Source of the DNA: Catajapyx aquilonaris
Lineage: Eukaryota
NCBI GenBank assembly: GCA_000934665.2
Contig: KZ538770.1
Span: 1-48,585, forward strand
DNA: 48,585 nucleotides
Direction of reading: 5' to 3'
This document shows, one piece after another, positions 26,142-39,800 of the stretch. The first letter of the stretch is position 1. Every line of letters starts with the position of its first letter. The position numbers and the translations under genes were made by a program. The notes under the pieces are model-generated. The model had not been told where the DNA came from, did no database searches, and worked only from the letters and a program-made list of their open reading frames with translations.

Positions 26142-27824
26142 CACCTTTGCCAAGTGGGAGAAACTAAGCTCAAACGCAAAAGGGGGGGGGAGTGTCCGGA
26201 CCTGAGTATTATAAGACCGTGGTGGTGATGAAGGCTGGTTTTCATGTGTGTGCCTCCCCTCTGATTAGAAGTGGGTATATTCAGAGCTTCGGCACAATAT
26301 TATCAGAGCCTTTCTCTCGTGGGTCAGGCAGTACATGTACTTGGCTTTCCATTTCATACCATTTTCCCTCCATATGCGGCAATTACTCACATTGACTCGG
26401 GGTCCTCTTGAGCCTTTTGTTAAATCACACTTCTAGGATATTAGACTGTTGGCGATCCAACCTGTTTATCAATACAATATTAAATACATAAGTCTAAAAA
26501 TACATACAGCTAAATTTTCATTCGAGCATGTTTTACTATTATCATGGCATTAAACGGGGATTTAATTGGGGGTGGGGGACCAAGCCCTCCTTCCAACTGT
26601 CCACCAACTGAGAAGAATAGTTTTAGTTTCACACAATAATTTTGTGTGACAAAAATGTTTAAAAATCTGAATAAGGCAACTACTCCCACCCCTCACTCTC
26701 TCAAAATGTTTCGGGTTGGGAGGGCCCCTCCCCCAACCAGTTGCTATCCAGTTTAATCCCTGATTATTATTGTTATTATTATTAGTGTTACCAAAAGGGC
26801 AGCATAAATCCTCAGATGTCCGATGCCCAGAGGGGGTTGCAAGGAACACCTCTAATGACCAGTGTGTGCATTTAGACCGTACTTAATAGAGGTAATTGTA
26901 ATCATTTTGAAATGCAAAAAAATGATTTCATACATGATTTGCATAGACTGCAGCTAGCACCTCTAGTGGCCCACCAGTGTGTATGGAATAAGTTTGGCAG
27001 ATCCCACTGTCTTTTTTTGAAGAAAATGGAGTTTAAGTTATTTCTAAGCTACTAGACACTGCTTTTTATATGATGGTTTTAGGTGATGTTTTCTGATGAC
27101 AAGCATCTGTTGTAATTGAAGCCACTTTTTGACTTTAAGATGTGCAAGTCATATCACCTGACTAGTGGCGTGTAGTAGAGGATTGGTGCATGTATGAGAA
27201 GCTGTGTAGACTTGTTATACGTTGAGCACGTTAAATATTTTGTTTTCGAAAATAGGCTTCAATTATTCTCCTTGTGCGCTAGGAAGTTCTAATTTAAAAT
27301 CTTATTCCTCAGAGGAATATAGATTTATGACTGACTGTATGTATCTCAGTTGCCATTATCTCATTTTCATCTCATATTACCAGAATTTTTTTGGTGGAAG
27401 TTTTTGACAGCTTCAGAAAGAAAAAGGCTGGGACAAGAGTTGAAACTGGAGATATGTATTTTTTTATAGTATTTGTATTAAAAAGCTACAGTGAGAAAAG
27501 ACAAGCATTCATGGTTTCATTTCAATAATGAATTCTTCACTTGCAGGTTTTTAAAATGTGCCTAGTATACAAATATTGTTTACATATGGCTCACACTGGG
27601 AGATATTCTTGCAAGAAACACCTACAACTGGTAGTGATATTCGTTGTTAAGTGAAGTGCATTTACTTTTCATCGTGATTTGATCATGAGGTGATTTGTAT
27701 CACCTTATTGGAGGCATTGTGGTGGGTCTTAATATCTGAACACCTTTTGCTTGATGGCATGCATTGAGGAGGTCAGTCCAGTCCTTACCAGTGCTCAACT
27801 TCGTGAATTTAACAATTGAAGGGT

Positions 27825-30800
27825 ATGGTGCAAGAAGAGGGCAAGTCCATTTTTGGTAAGTGTTCATTTAATGGGTAGACTTTCTTGATTTAAAATATTC
27901 TGATCATTTGCTACAAGAACAGGATTCATCGGCCTGTTCCACTTGTTAACACAGGTTTGTAAGTTAAGACATGTGGACCGAAGAACATAGGAGCAGTTTC
28001 TGTGGCTGCCATCATGCATGGAGGTTGGCTTCACTGGCTTCAAAATATATCCCGGGTGTCTATGGCAATTACTTGAATGCAGGTAGTCAAGCACTTCTCA
28101 CAGGTTGTTTACCTTCAGAACCACAATGTTCTAGTTAGGTGTAGGTTTGTTCCAATGGACATCTAGACATTCGCTCAGCATTTATCACACGAAATAGTGT
28201 ACACTGTCGTCTATCACGTATCACTTGGCTGGAGATATACACTGGTTTATCAATATATAAGGTCAGTTTGATTTGGGTCCAGATTTAACTAAAATGGTAA
28301 GGGCAGGGATGAGATGGGTTAGGGTGCACTTTAGCCCCACACCAAATTAAAGGTTTCTATGTTTCCTGAATCTAATTGATGAGATGAGTCGAATGGCACT
28401 ATTTCTAGGGTGTGGGAACACTTTATTCAAATGTTATTGAATTTTGAAACTAACTAAGTAATCAATAATGAGTCCACATGTGCCGACAGGTGAGCAAGGA
28501 AATAAATGTTAAAGGCCACCCTATGAAACCACCCAATTTTCATAGTGTGCAAACTGTATTTTTCAAATCAAGAAATTGAAGAGCAAAGTGTCTTGTCCAT
28601 TTTGAAGAGATGAAGGTGAACCTTTCCAGTAGTGGTAATATTTATTGCAGCTTTATATGAATATCGTTCCTTAAAAACACACTTAAAAATTCCTAGAAGA
28701 ACTCCATTCCCGCATGTCAGATGGAGGTGAACTTGGTCGCACATAGTGTATAATAATACCACTCACCCTGATCCTATCGAAGCCGTATATGTGTGTGATG
28801 TTTCTTGGATATTAGGAGGTGATATGGTACGAGTCCTATCTACCTTTGTTATGATTTGGGACAGTAACACAGATTATTGGGTCAGGTTTCTTGCTCCAGT
28901 AGAGGTGACCACGTAGTCATGCAGGGTGGGTAAAACTAACCGTAAGTACTGCAAGTGAATCAATATTTTTTTCCTTATTACCCTGGCAATGGGTAATCAT
29001 GGAAACAGGTTTCCATTGCATTAACAATGATTAATTGTTGTTGATTGCATTACCTTGGAAACAGGTCTTGCGAAGAACAGACTCCTCTGCTAGTGCGGAA
29101 TAAATAGCCTATAACCTGTAATATCCAGAACCACTTACCTACCATCAAATTCACCATGTCTTTGGTTTAAAAGCAGGCGGTCTAGTTCACCTCTGAGTCG
29201 CATTCGATTGGCCAAGTTCACATTTCAAAGATTTTATGCTTCTGGTAAGATTTGGTCCCTCCCCTTTGGGAGCACATATTAGGAGGAGTGGCAAAGTTGT
29301 CCCATGAGGTGGCAATGGCCAGGTTCACTCTTTCCAATATTTTCCTGCCCAGAGCAGTGCATTTGTAATTAGGAAAATTAGATGGGCAAGTCCACCCCAT
29401 CGTAAATTTTCCTACATAACACTGCACAGAAAAATTTCGATATATTCGCCCTTTTTGCCAGCATGGTCCAACATCTAATAAAAAAAACTTCACAGTTGTG
29501 GGTTAATTAATATCTTCATACTTATATCTACGTGAAACAGAAATTTTGGACCAAGTTCACCCCGCTTGACGGTAAGAAAAGTGCTCCTTTCTTGACACTG
29601 TTAATACTCTTTTTGTTGCATAAGAGCATCTCCATAATAATTTGAAAAGTGGGAGATAAAATCGTATTAGTGACCCTAATAATAATAATAATAATAATAG
29701 ATACCCCGTGATAAGCCTCCTTGGGCTTTTTAGGGTATCATCTTTTTAATAAACAGACTTGAATCATTGCCTTTGCTGTAATGGATTTTGATAGTGGAAG
29801 GAAACGGGAGAACCCCGAGAAAACACACTCAAACACGGAGAGAACCCATCGAAACTCTATCCACATAAGTATCCTCTCTCCGATCCGGGGATCGAACTTG
29901 GGACCTTGGAGGTGGAAGGCTGTGGCGCTAACCACTCTGCCACCATGTCGCCCATGGATTAGTGATACTATATTTTTAGGGTGAGGAAAAGTTTCATTCA
30001 AAAGTTGTTGAATTTTGACATAATTAATTTGAAATGTCTATAAGCGGAAAAACCAGCCCTCCCCTTTCCTAATCGCCTCCTCACTGCTAGGCAGCATTGG
30101 CAAAGCCACAATAACATTCAATTGTTGGCCTGTGGTGCCACGAGATGGACAGTTGCGGTTACACATCACACAATAAGAGCCCAGCTGGCTAATGCTCACA
30201 ATTAACTAAAATCATCCGGAAATGCAACATGCAGTGCCTGGCAGGGCCACAAGACTGGTGCAGTCACTCCAACAGTTCACATATGTCACCGACGCAAGTA
30301 GCCAGAGGATATGCCTGCTTTAAAAGCACTTACCAACGTTCTATCCAACGAACCAAGAACCACTGTTCATCATCATTCAGCGTCCCTTCCAACACATTGC
30401 CATGGCAACCCTCATCTTTCTGTGGAGATGCCTTCATGCAACAAAAGGATTAAACAGTCTTGACAAAGGAACACCTACACCGTACTCCTGATTATCCGGG
30501 TGCGGATCATCCATTCAGAATCCCTAAAACATAACATTAAACGGGAAAGTCTGAAAAAATGTCACATGTCTCGCAGACAAAGAAAGATGACAGGCTTTTT
30601 CTAGAAGACAAACTAAAAACCTGTGGTAAGTTTTATTATTTTGATTAAACTCTGTACAGTAGTATTGTACATTAAAAACCTGTGAATAGCTCAATTTTAT
30701 GGTTTTTAGGGTTATTTTCAAATTATTCGTGTTTTCCAATTATCCGTCGACACTCGTTCATTCATTAGCATGGATAATTGGCAGCACAGTGTATTTATTT

Positions 30801-33800
30801 TGATTTATTCAGTATTACTTACAATATTACACTTCATAACATTTGAATAAATCTTTTCCACATCCTACGTGTCATCAAGTAGATTCAGGAAAAATACAGA
30901 AATCTGTAATTTTCGTGGAGGGCTGAAGTCCACCGAAGCCATTAACTGTAACATAATAAAAAGGAATGGCACAAGTCTGAATAAGAGTTCTTGATATTCA
31001 TGAGTTAACTTTTTTTTCTCCTCACATTGCCTGAAGCTGATATACAAGTGGAAGTTCATTATCAGTGCATCAAGAAGAGTATGAAGAACTCGAAAATGCA
31101 AGGAAAAGAGGTACGTCCAGATGAAAAGACATGTGCTTGGTGAAGATGTCATATGTTACCTTGTATCTTTAAACCGCAATCCTGTTAAACCTACCAGCAT
31201 TATTAATTGATATTTCTCATTTATGATTTGCTTATAATTATCTGAAATCTCAATGAGTGGAGAGCTGAACACTGCAGAGTGCAGTTTGCATATTTATGAA
31301 ATAGGTTATACCAGGAGAATAATGCCTCGTTGCACTGTTTTCTTTACAGGGCAAATCTATCCTGCAAAAGGGCCCACAAGTCGTGTCACGCAAGAGCAAG
31401 CTCTTGGATGTATGTTGCTGTTGTAACATGCCATTTATTGGTACTGTATTTATTGCTTATGAATTATTTCGACAGCTCTACCAGCCACCCGAAGAAGTAG
31501 ATGTTCTTGTCATTGCTCCACGAGGAGCAGTGGATAACCTCAGTAGGCTAATCCAGCCGACGTTTCCAAGGGAAATGGGCGGAATCACTGGACTGAAGAA
31601 CTTTATCCGTATAGCAGAAAATCTATACCAAAGTATGTGCAAGTTCTGTAGTGCAGTATTTTAGCAGTACCCAAAAGGATAGTGGATCAATATCTAAGAA
31701 TTGAAATGGTTCTCTATAGAAACTCGAGGAAAGCAAGATTATTTGGCATGGCTACATATATTATGCCCAGAAGGGTCTAATGTCATGCAGAAAATGCAGC
31801 GAGATAAGGTCAGGGATATTGCTCAGAGACTTCAATCTACAAAACTTGAACATATGGAATATATGAAAACGTAAGGTATCTAATAATATTAAGCTGTGGT
31901 TGTGGAGGCAGCAGAAACAGCATTGATGGAACTAGAAGATATTTGTACAGTATTGTTTGTAATGGTAGTATATGGCATGCATTTGCAAATAATCTAATCT
32001 CTAATGCAATGTGCTTGGAGAGGACCATCTTGTAATCACATTTATTTTTATAGGTATGAATATAAGTTAAAATTGCAAGGTTTCATGGATCATGTATGTG
32101 CAGTCAAGAAGCTGATCATCAGTTTAATGAATATGACACAGGCTCAATTACAATCCAATGTAAGTTTGTTGTTGTTCTGCATATTAAGGTAACCTGTGAT
32201 ATGCCAGTGGCCTCTTTCCCTTTTCAATTATAATGTGCCGCTTTGCTCTATCAAATAGCTAATAAAGTGTTATTTTTATTCAGAAAACCCTTCCTCCTGA
32301 CACACTGAGAAACCTTGAGAGTAACATTCCAGAAATCCTGCAGCGGGGACGGCATGGCTCACGAACCGAAAATATGCACAAGTAAGTTTAGTGTGGTACA
32401 TGATGTTATAAAGCTGTGCCACTTTCATGTACTGTCACAAGCAAAAAGATGGGGATGCAGACAAGGACCAGACCAGGGATGTTGTATAGTGGCACTTGAA
32501 TGGTTTTGTTGCTTCCCTCAGCTTAGACTGAACCCTGCTCAGATATATGTTTCTCATTAGAGGGCAGCTTGAAGTCACTATCACAGTTTATGGTTTCATT
32601 TATAGACACAAATTGAGGATACTGTTGCACAACCAAGTCGTTATGACTGAATTGTAAGGGGTACAGTACCTGGCTTGGTCACTTTACAATTGTACCGCAG
32701 AGTATGAGCTGTGTGAGAAGTGAGCGAGAAATAGCCAGAGGTAGTTTTAGGTAGGGTTTTAATCAAGGTTTTAATACTGGTACAACATGTTTCAAAGTCC
32801 AAGTCCAGACCAATACTCGTCATTTGGATAATAGGACAGCAGGTCCAGTGATTATCAGCATGGAATGAAGCTAAGCTGGTTTTGAACTTGAATCACTTGT
32901 TTGCATGTCATTAGGAATATTATTGTAAATAAATGACAATGTTGGCAGCCCTATGAGTAGTGCTTGAAGATAATATTAGATAGTCTAGAATATTTATAGA
33001 GCATTATTTTGCTGGTTCTCAAAGGGGGTCTAGCCTGAGTCTTAATCCCTGTGGAAAGCTCTTTGCTCCATCCTGGAGCAGCCAGTGCTGATCGGTGATC
33101 CCTTCTGATTGAGGCTAAGGCTACCACTAAAAAAGTGTTTCTTGACCCCTGTAGTCACTAGTATAACTAGTCATCACCACTGAATTACCCAGTATGATGT
33201 ATAAGTGTATAAGTACCCTTCACAAATCATTTTGTCTTTTCAGGAGAGAAGAGAAGGATGTCAGTGGTATAACATGTGTTGGAACCCTCCAGAACAGTGA
33301 GGAAGGGCCGTATGTATCTTGCCTTTGTGTGCATTAATTATTACTCAGGTTCTCATAGTATACGTTGGGATTACAATCATATAATTGCAATTATTTTTTT
33401 TAATGTGCACAGATGCATAGCTTTTTGAAACAAGGGGCTAACAAACATCAATTTTGAGCTTCACAACTGACATTTGCAAAGCCAGAATGAAATCTCACAT
33501 GACCTGAAATTTGTAAAAATTAGAGTCATCTTTGCAAAATTTTATGATATAAATGATTGAAGAGTGCATTATCCCTTATAGGATCCTTTCTTTCAAATTT
33601 ATAGGGATTGTAATAGTGATACAGTACAGTTGAACCCGGATATAACAGCCTTGGCTATAACACTCTTTTGGTTATAACAGACTTGAAAGGCCTGTCCTGG
33701 CATACTTCCATAAGGCCCTGTGTGTTTTTACTCCTTATGTAACAGACTCATTTTCACCTCATGTCGGCTATAACAGGCAATTTCTTAGCCCCTCAGTGGT

Positions 33801-36800
33801 AAAATATATGCTGCTTTTGATTACTCACTTTCCTTTCCTACATGTAGAATGTAGAAAGCACTGCATTTTACATCTGGCACTTATCTAAGCTTCCTACTCG
33901 CAAGTTTTGCACCTCGAGGTTGAGGGCTTGAGGCACACATGTGCACTGTTAAATGTATCCATGAGTCTTAACGGGAATTCTTACCCCTTTGGAGCGCTGC
34001 GTCTTGGCCCAGAGATGGCGTTACTGTTCCCTATTCCCCAAATGTAAAAGTTTGTTGCAATTTTTCTCAGTTGCAAATGCACCAAAAATTATGCAAATCG
34101 TGCCGTTAGATAGCCGGGGGCAAATACTACTTGGTTCATTCGTTCGTGTTGGACATACGCTTTGGTATAAGTGTGCAATTAATTGCGGAGGATTATTCAC
34201 GTGGGCCATGGCACAAGTGGAGTGGGAATGAAAAACAACCGGTCGCCCCCCTCCACCAGACCCGACCCTCGGCCTGACCATCCCCTGGAGCTGGTTGCCA
34301 ACCCTTCTCCCCTAGCCCCCTTCCCTTTTCGGGTTGAGGGTTTATGGCCGAGTGTATCCCAAAGCCCCAGATAAGTTTTTCCGAGATAAGTTCACATAAT
34401 AAGGTAAAAGCTACAAATTCATGACTGCTATGCCTGCACATCGGGCATGCTAGTCTTTTCTTGCATTTGATATGGCCATAGAACATTAGAAGGCCTTAGA
34501 CAGCAACCTTACAGAAATGTGATTATCAGTTTTATGGCAGTGGAGGATGATTGCCAATTGTTTGAGTGGCATATTGCTCAGGCCTACCATTTTATTCATT
34601 CAATCTTGCTGAAGAATGTGACTACAGTATCTTAAATGTGGTACTACACAGTATAATGTGGAATCGTGCGTACTGCACTTGCATTTTTTATTTTATTAAA
34701 ATTATCATTCGTGAACAATATGCAACTCAAAAAATTAGCCATCATCTACCATCATTGTCAGAAAAATTAAAATCGAATTTATGCAAGGTTCCTACTCCTA
34801 GCACCTTATTGGCCATTTCAGGGGCCAAAAATGACTAATTATCACATTTCAAGCCCAGGACTTCACTCGCAGACAGCAGATATTTTAAAACTGAGTTTTA
34901 CCCCATCACCTAACATTTGAAAGGGGGAGCCAGGCAAGGGAACCCCAAAATATTGTATGAAATACATTGGCATAATTATGTGCTATTTCCCAGGCGATTT
35001 CCTTTCCGCAAAAGAGAGATTTGACTGCCGGGTAAAGCGAGTCCAGTCGCACCGTCCTCAAGTTTCCGCCAATATTTCAAGCTCCATGTATCACATCGCA
35101 CGGACATCGCACCTTCTATTACAATACCTGTGTAGAGGAGCTGATTTCAGCCCGAGTGCCTCCTCTAGGTATATGTATATAATATAGCAGAACTCTTTGG
35201 GGGGATCATCTTTTCGTGAATCGTCTTGATTCATTGCCTGCGGTGTGATGGATTTTGATGGCGGGAGGAAACGAGAGAACCCCGACAAAACCCACGCGAA
35301 CATGGAGAGAACCCATTGAAACTCTATCCACCTAAGTATCCTCCGTCCGACCCGGGAATCGAACTCAGGACCTCAGAGGTGGAAGGCTGTGGCACTAACC
35401 ACTACTCCACTGTGTCACCCCTTTGGTTATAACATACTTTTCTCTGTGGTCCCTTGAAGTCTGTTATATCAGGATTCAACTGTCGTATACAACAGAATTA
35501 ATGGGCATATATCCAATGGTGGGGATGGTAACCAAAAATTTTGGTCCCGCTAAAATCTGCTAACTGCTGATTTGGTTAGCAAACTGTGGGCCGCGCTAAA
35601 TCACTAATTAATGATAAAAAGCTACAAGGGCCGTACCTAAATGATTTCCAATTTATATTTTGCCAAATATACAAGGCCCATGCATGTCGGCAAATAGGCA
35701 CACACTATCGACAGAACCCTCCTGGAGCCGAATGCGCAGGAGTCACAGGTGTGGCTACCTCTTCAGGGCCCCCAGGAATCACTTTTTCTAGGGGTGATGC
35801 ACCACTACTGGACAACTACTGCTCACAGTCAGCAACTATCAACAATCTGGACAATGTCCTCAAAATGGCGTCGGCAAAGGGATTTTTTCATGGATCTTGC
35901 TTTGAGTGCTTCTACACCCACCGTACCCCTGGCCTGGCCTCCAGTGACGTTGTTTGTTTGTTTGTTTGTTTGTTTGTGATATGGCCAGGGGCCCTCTTGG
36001 AGGGGGAGGGGGGGGGGGAGGTTCCCAAGGGAGGGTGCTCTTAAGGAGTCATTTGTGACCCTCTTAAATACCAAACCTTTACTTTTGGCCCTGGACAGAA
36101 AGGGGAGTGCTATTCTGCCCGGACATATCGGGTGAAAAGCGGAAAAAGATCAGACCAAGAGAAGGTGCCGGCCTGACGGGGACGGGATTTGAACCCCTGG
36201 CCTTCCCCCTTGGCTGGCCAGTAGACTAGCCGCTAGACCACCATGCCCCTGGCCCTCCCGCTTGGCTGGCCAGTAGACTAGCCGCTAGACCACCATGCCC
36301 CTGCCTCCAGTGACTTTCATTTGTTCGAATATATTTAAAAAGTCCCTTCGCTCATGCCATTTCGAGGACATTGTTGACTGTGAAGAGTTGTCTGGGAGTC
36401 GGTGTGCCGCACCACAAAAAATTGGTTCCTGGAGGGCTTGGAGAGGTTGACACACCGATGGTGCCAGTGCATTCGGCTCCAGGAGGATTCTATCTATAAT
36501 GTGTGCCTATTTGCCTACCTGCATTGGCCTTGCATCTGTGGCAAAAAACAAAAAAACAAAAAAACAAACAAACAACTGTTAATTATTTTGATACCGCCCT
36601 CGTAGAACAATTAGGGAGATTTCCACTAACCTTTCTAGCTGTTTAGCATTAGCGATTTAGTGATGCCCATGGTTTTACTGAGCAAGTTAGCTGTTATCGA
36701 AAGTTAGCGATGCCCACCATTGCATAATTATATCCTAACAGTGAAGTACCGGTACTATTGTGTAAGAATGAGGAAAACAACATGCACAGTGAGAACCCTG

Positions 36801-39800
36801 TAATTAGGCCAAATATTGTCTTCATATTCACATGTGAAAATCCACCTTTTGGATTCCAAGTAGATTAGGCTACTTATGGCTTGTGCACACGCCCACTTTA
36901 TCATGTTTGGGCCGTGACCAATATTATTTGAAGTTGATGTGAATCAATTATTATTAATGTTTGCTCATTTGCAGCGTTTTGCACGTCCTCTCTCCATTAG
37001 TAAAGCCTCTGAAAAAATGCTTAGCAGACAAGAAACTGGCAGCACATATAACCACAGAGGAATTCAATCAAATAACCTTCCCAATAGACCCACAAGCACC
37101 TTGGACTACATTCAAGCAACATGTTGCACACCAGCAAATGAAAGAGCCAGTTAATCAGAAGACTCACTTAACTGTTGAACTGGCAACGGACATTATACGA
37201 GACATGAGGGATAATTTTACAGATATGCACATAAAATTAGAAAAGGAATATGAACGTGATGTGGCACGAATCATCAGGGATATGCCAGTTACGTACAGGC
37301 AAAAGATGAAGGGTATGCAATCTTTCACTTTTATGGCAAAAATAGAGTGGGTTGTTTGATATGCATTGCTATCCTGGACACTCGTGATGGGACTTACAGT
37401 AGTTCATCCCCTGATCAGGTCATAGGATTTTTCAAGGAGGGAATATTAAATACATTACTTTCCAAAGTTGTTTGCATTACACCATAACAGGATTTTACAT
37501 TGGGCTGTTCCACATTTCTTGCCAAATGAAAAAATTCCTCATCAGTAAGCATTCAAAAATAGTGCTAATATAAATGGTACAAACTGCAACAGAGTGTTAT
37601 TTTAGACTGCGATCTAAAGTGGTGGGATCTACTGTAGCTTCTTTTTTTTAACCCTGTGATTGAGCTCGTGGCCCTCTTTATTGATTGATTTATTTTTTTA
37701 TTTTTTATTTTTTATTTTTTTTTATTTTTTTTTTTGGGGNGGGGGGGGGGGGAAGGGAGGTTCCCAGGGGAGGGCGCTGTAATTTTTAGTCATTTCTGAC
37801 TTTGTGAAATACACCAGACCTTTTCTGCTGGTCCCGGGCAGAGTAGAGAGTGCAATTCTGCCCCGGCATGTCGGGTGAAAAGCGGAAAAAGACCCGGCCA
37901 AGCAGAGGTGACGGGGACGGGATTTGAACCCCGGCCTCCCGCTTGGCTGGCCAGCAGCGTAACCGCTAGACCACCATGCCGCCCTAGCTCTGCTTATTTA
38001 TTCATGATCTTTTCTCTGTCAGGATGTAAACCACAAGACCATACCATGACACTGAAAGGGTTGAATGAAATGCGGCGTTATGCGAAAGCAACACTCCAGA
38101 ACTGCAGTGAATATTTTCCTTCTCCATGGTAAGTTTTTTGTGAGTGTATCAGAATCAGTGCAATGGGAATTAACCAGTCAGCATAATGAGCAGAATATCA
38201 ATTTGAAAATGATTATTGGTGCAGTGCTGGTGTCTGGTGATTCTACTGCAGAATGCCTGTGTTATTAGCCATCACTCCTCAGTGAGTCACTCCCATATAA
38301 ATATGCCAACTGGCAGGGGTGTTAATTGTCACTTTGATGCAACTGCAACATGGTGGACATGGTAACATTGCACGATTGCAGGCCCTCTTCATCAGTGCTG
38401 GTAGGTTGCTGCAGGAATACTGGGTGTTTCAGAAAAATACCAACAAACTTTTAGGGCGACCTCTTGCAAGCAGAGGTGTCATTTGGTGCCTCCCGTAGAT
38501 ATGGTGCCTGGAACCTAGCTACCATGATAAGGGGATTTTCAGCATGTAGTGCAGCCTATCCTGGCAGGTTTGTATCCATCCGACAAGGACAGAGCATGAA
38601 AAATGGGGTCTTGAGCGGGTTTGGAAGTCCATGGTATATTTTCAGATAGTTGTAATGGATAATAATGACTGTGATACCAATAAAAATTGGATTACACATG
38701 TCACCATGCAGACTTCATTCACACTTGCACAAGCTGGCCTCAACTGACAGTGTAGTTTTGGAGGGCTCAGTGAAGTCCTGATGCAAACTGAAAAGCCAAT
38801 TCTCTTGGTAATTATAGGCGGCTGGGACCAAAATGACCCCCAGCCCCCACATCAAGTGATTCTCTGGCTTGAACAAGATCACCATAAAAGTTTGTTGGTA
38901 TCTTTCTGAAACACCTGTATACTGGAACCCTACTCGAATTAGTTGGTTTTTTGTTTTGTTTTTCATTTTCTCTCCCAGCTGCTCTTGCCTGATTCTCCTC
39001 AAGGGCTAATTCAGAGGTTCTCCCAACATAATTTATTGTTACCAATACTTAATATTTTGCTAGTCCACCAAGGGATGAGTAGAAGGTACGGTACAGTGTT
39101 GGACATTTTCCGAAGCGGCAGAAAAACGAATCTTGCTTTCACAGCTTCCACTATCCACATCTTCGATTCGTTCTTCTGCATCTTCGGGAAATATCGCTAG
39201 CAGTATGACTCCATTAATGTCCAACACTGTATACATGACAGCAATATATCCCTCCCCTCCCTACCCCCTCACCTTCCTCTCCTTGGAAGGACCTAGACTA
39301 AGGTTGGATTCAGGCATGTTTTGTCTCTGCTTGTACAGGCAATGTAAAGGAAACATTGGTCACATTTGAACAAGCTACCTTGCAGAACATTATTCCTAGT
39401 TTGCCATTTACAGCATTTTAAAAAATGAGCATGACTGAAGAGCAACATTCAGTTGGGAAGAGGCTTTCTAATCACCCTGTACTTTGCTGATGACAATATT
39501 GTATGTTTTTCAGGTACCTTAAATTGTATAAGGAAGCACTGGATTTGGAAAATAACAAAGCACTTGAGTGCATGGATGACATATTTCCCATATCTGATAT
39601 AGATGAATATTCAATTAAGAATGCAGGAGACAAGTTATGCCTCTTGACTCTCTCACTTCCCATCCAGATACTAGCAACACCCACCTGGCAAAAGGCTATC
39701 AAGGCAAGGATATGCCTGCACATACCTGAAGTATGATGTGACAATGTCAGTTTTGTCATTTCCAGTTTCTGCTTGTAAAATTGCTGAAAGCACCACGAAG

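Larger units (their letters stand above)
35514..36722. mobile_element. hAT-like MITE hosting a mariner remnant
   Basis: CAATGGTGGGGATGGTAAC / GTTAGCGATGCCCACCATTG termini, subterminal GCTAA/TTAGC repeats. Flanks CATATATC vs CATAATTA match only partly. Confidence 0.55.

Noticed and set aside
38979..39085. Candidate extra exon of the CCDC60-like gene
   Set aside because: Has a stop in the required phase. Exons 38128 and 39514 already join correctly
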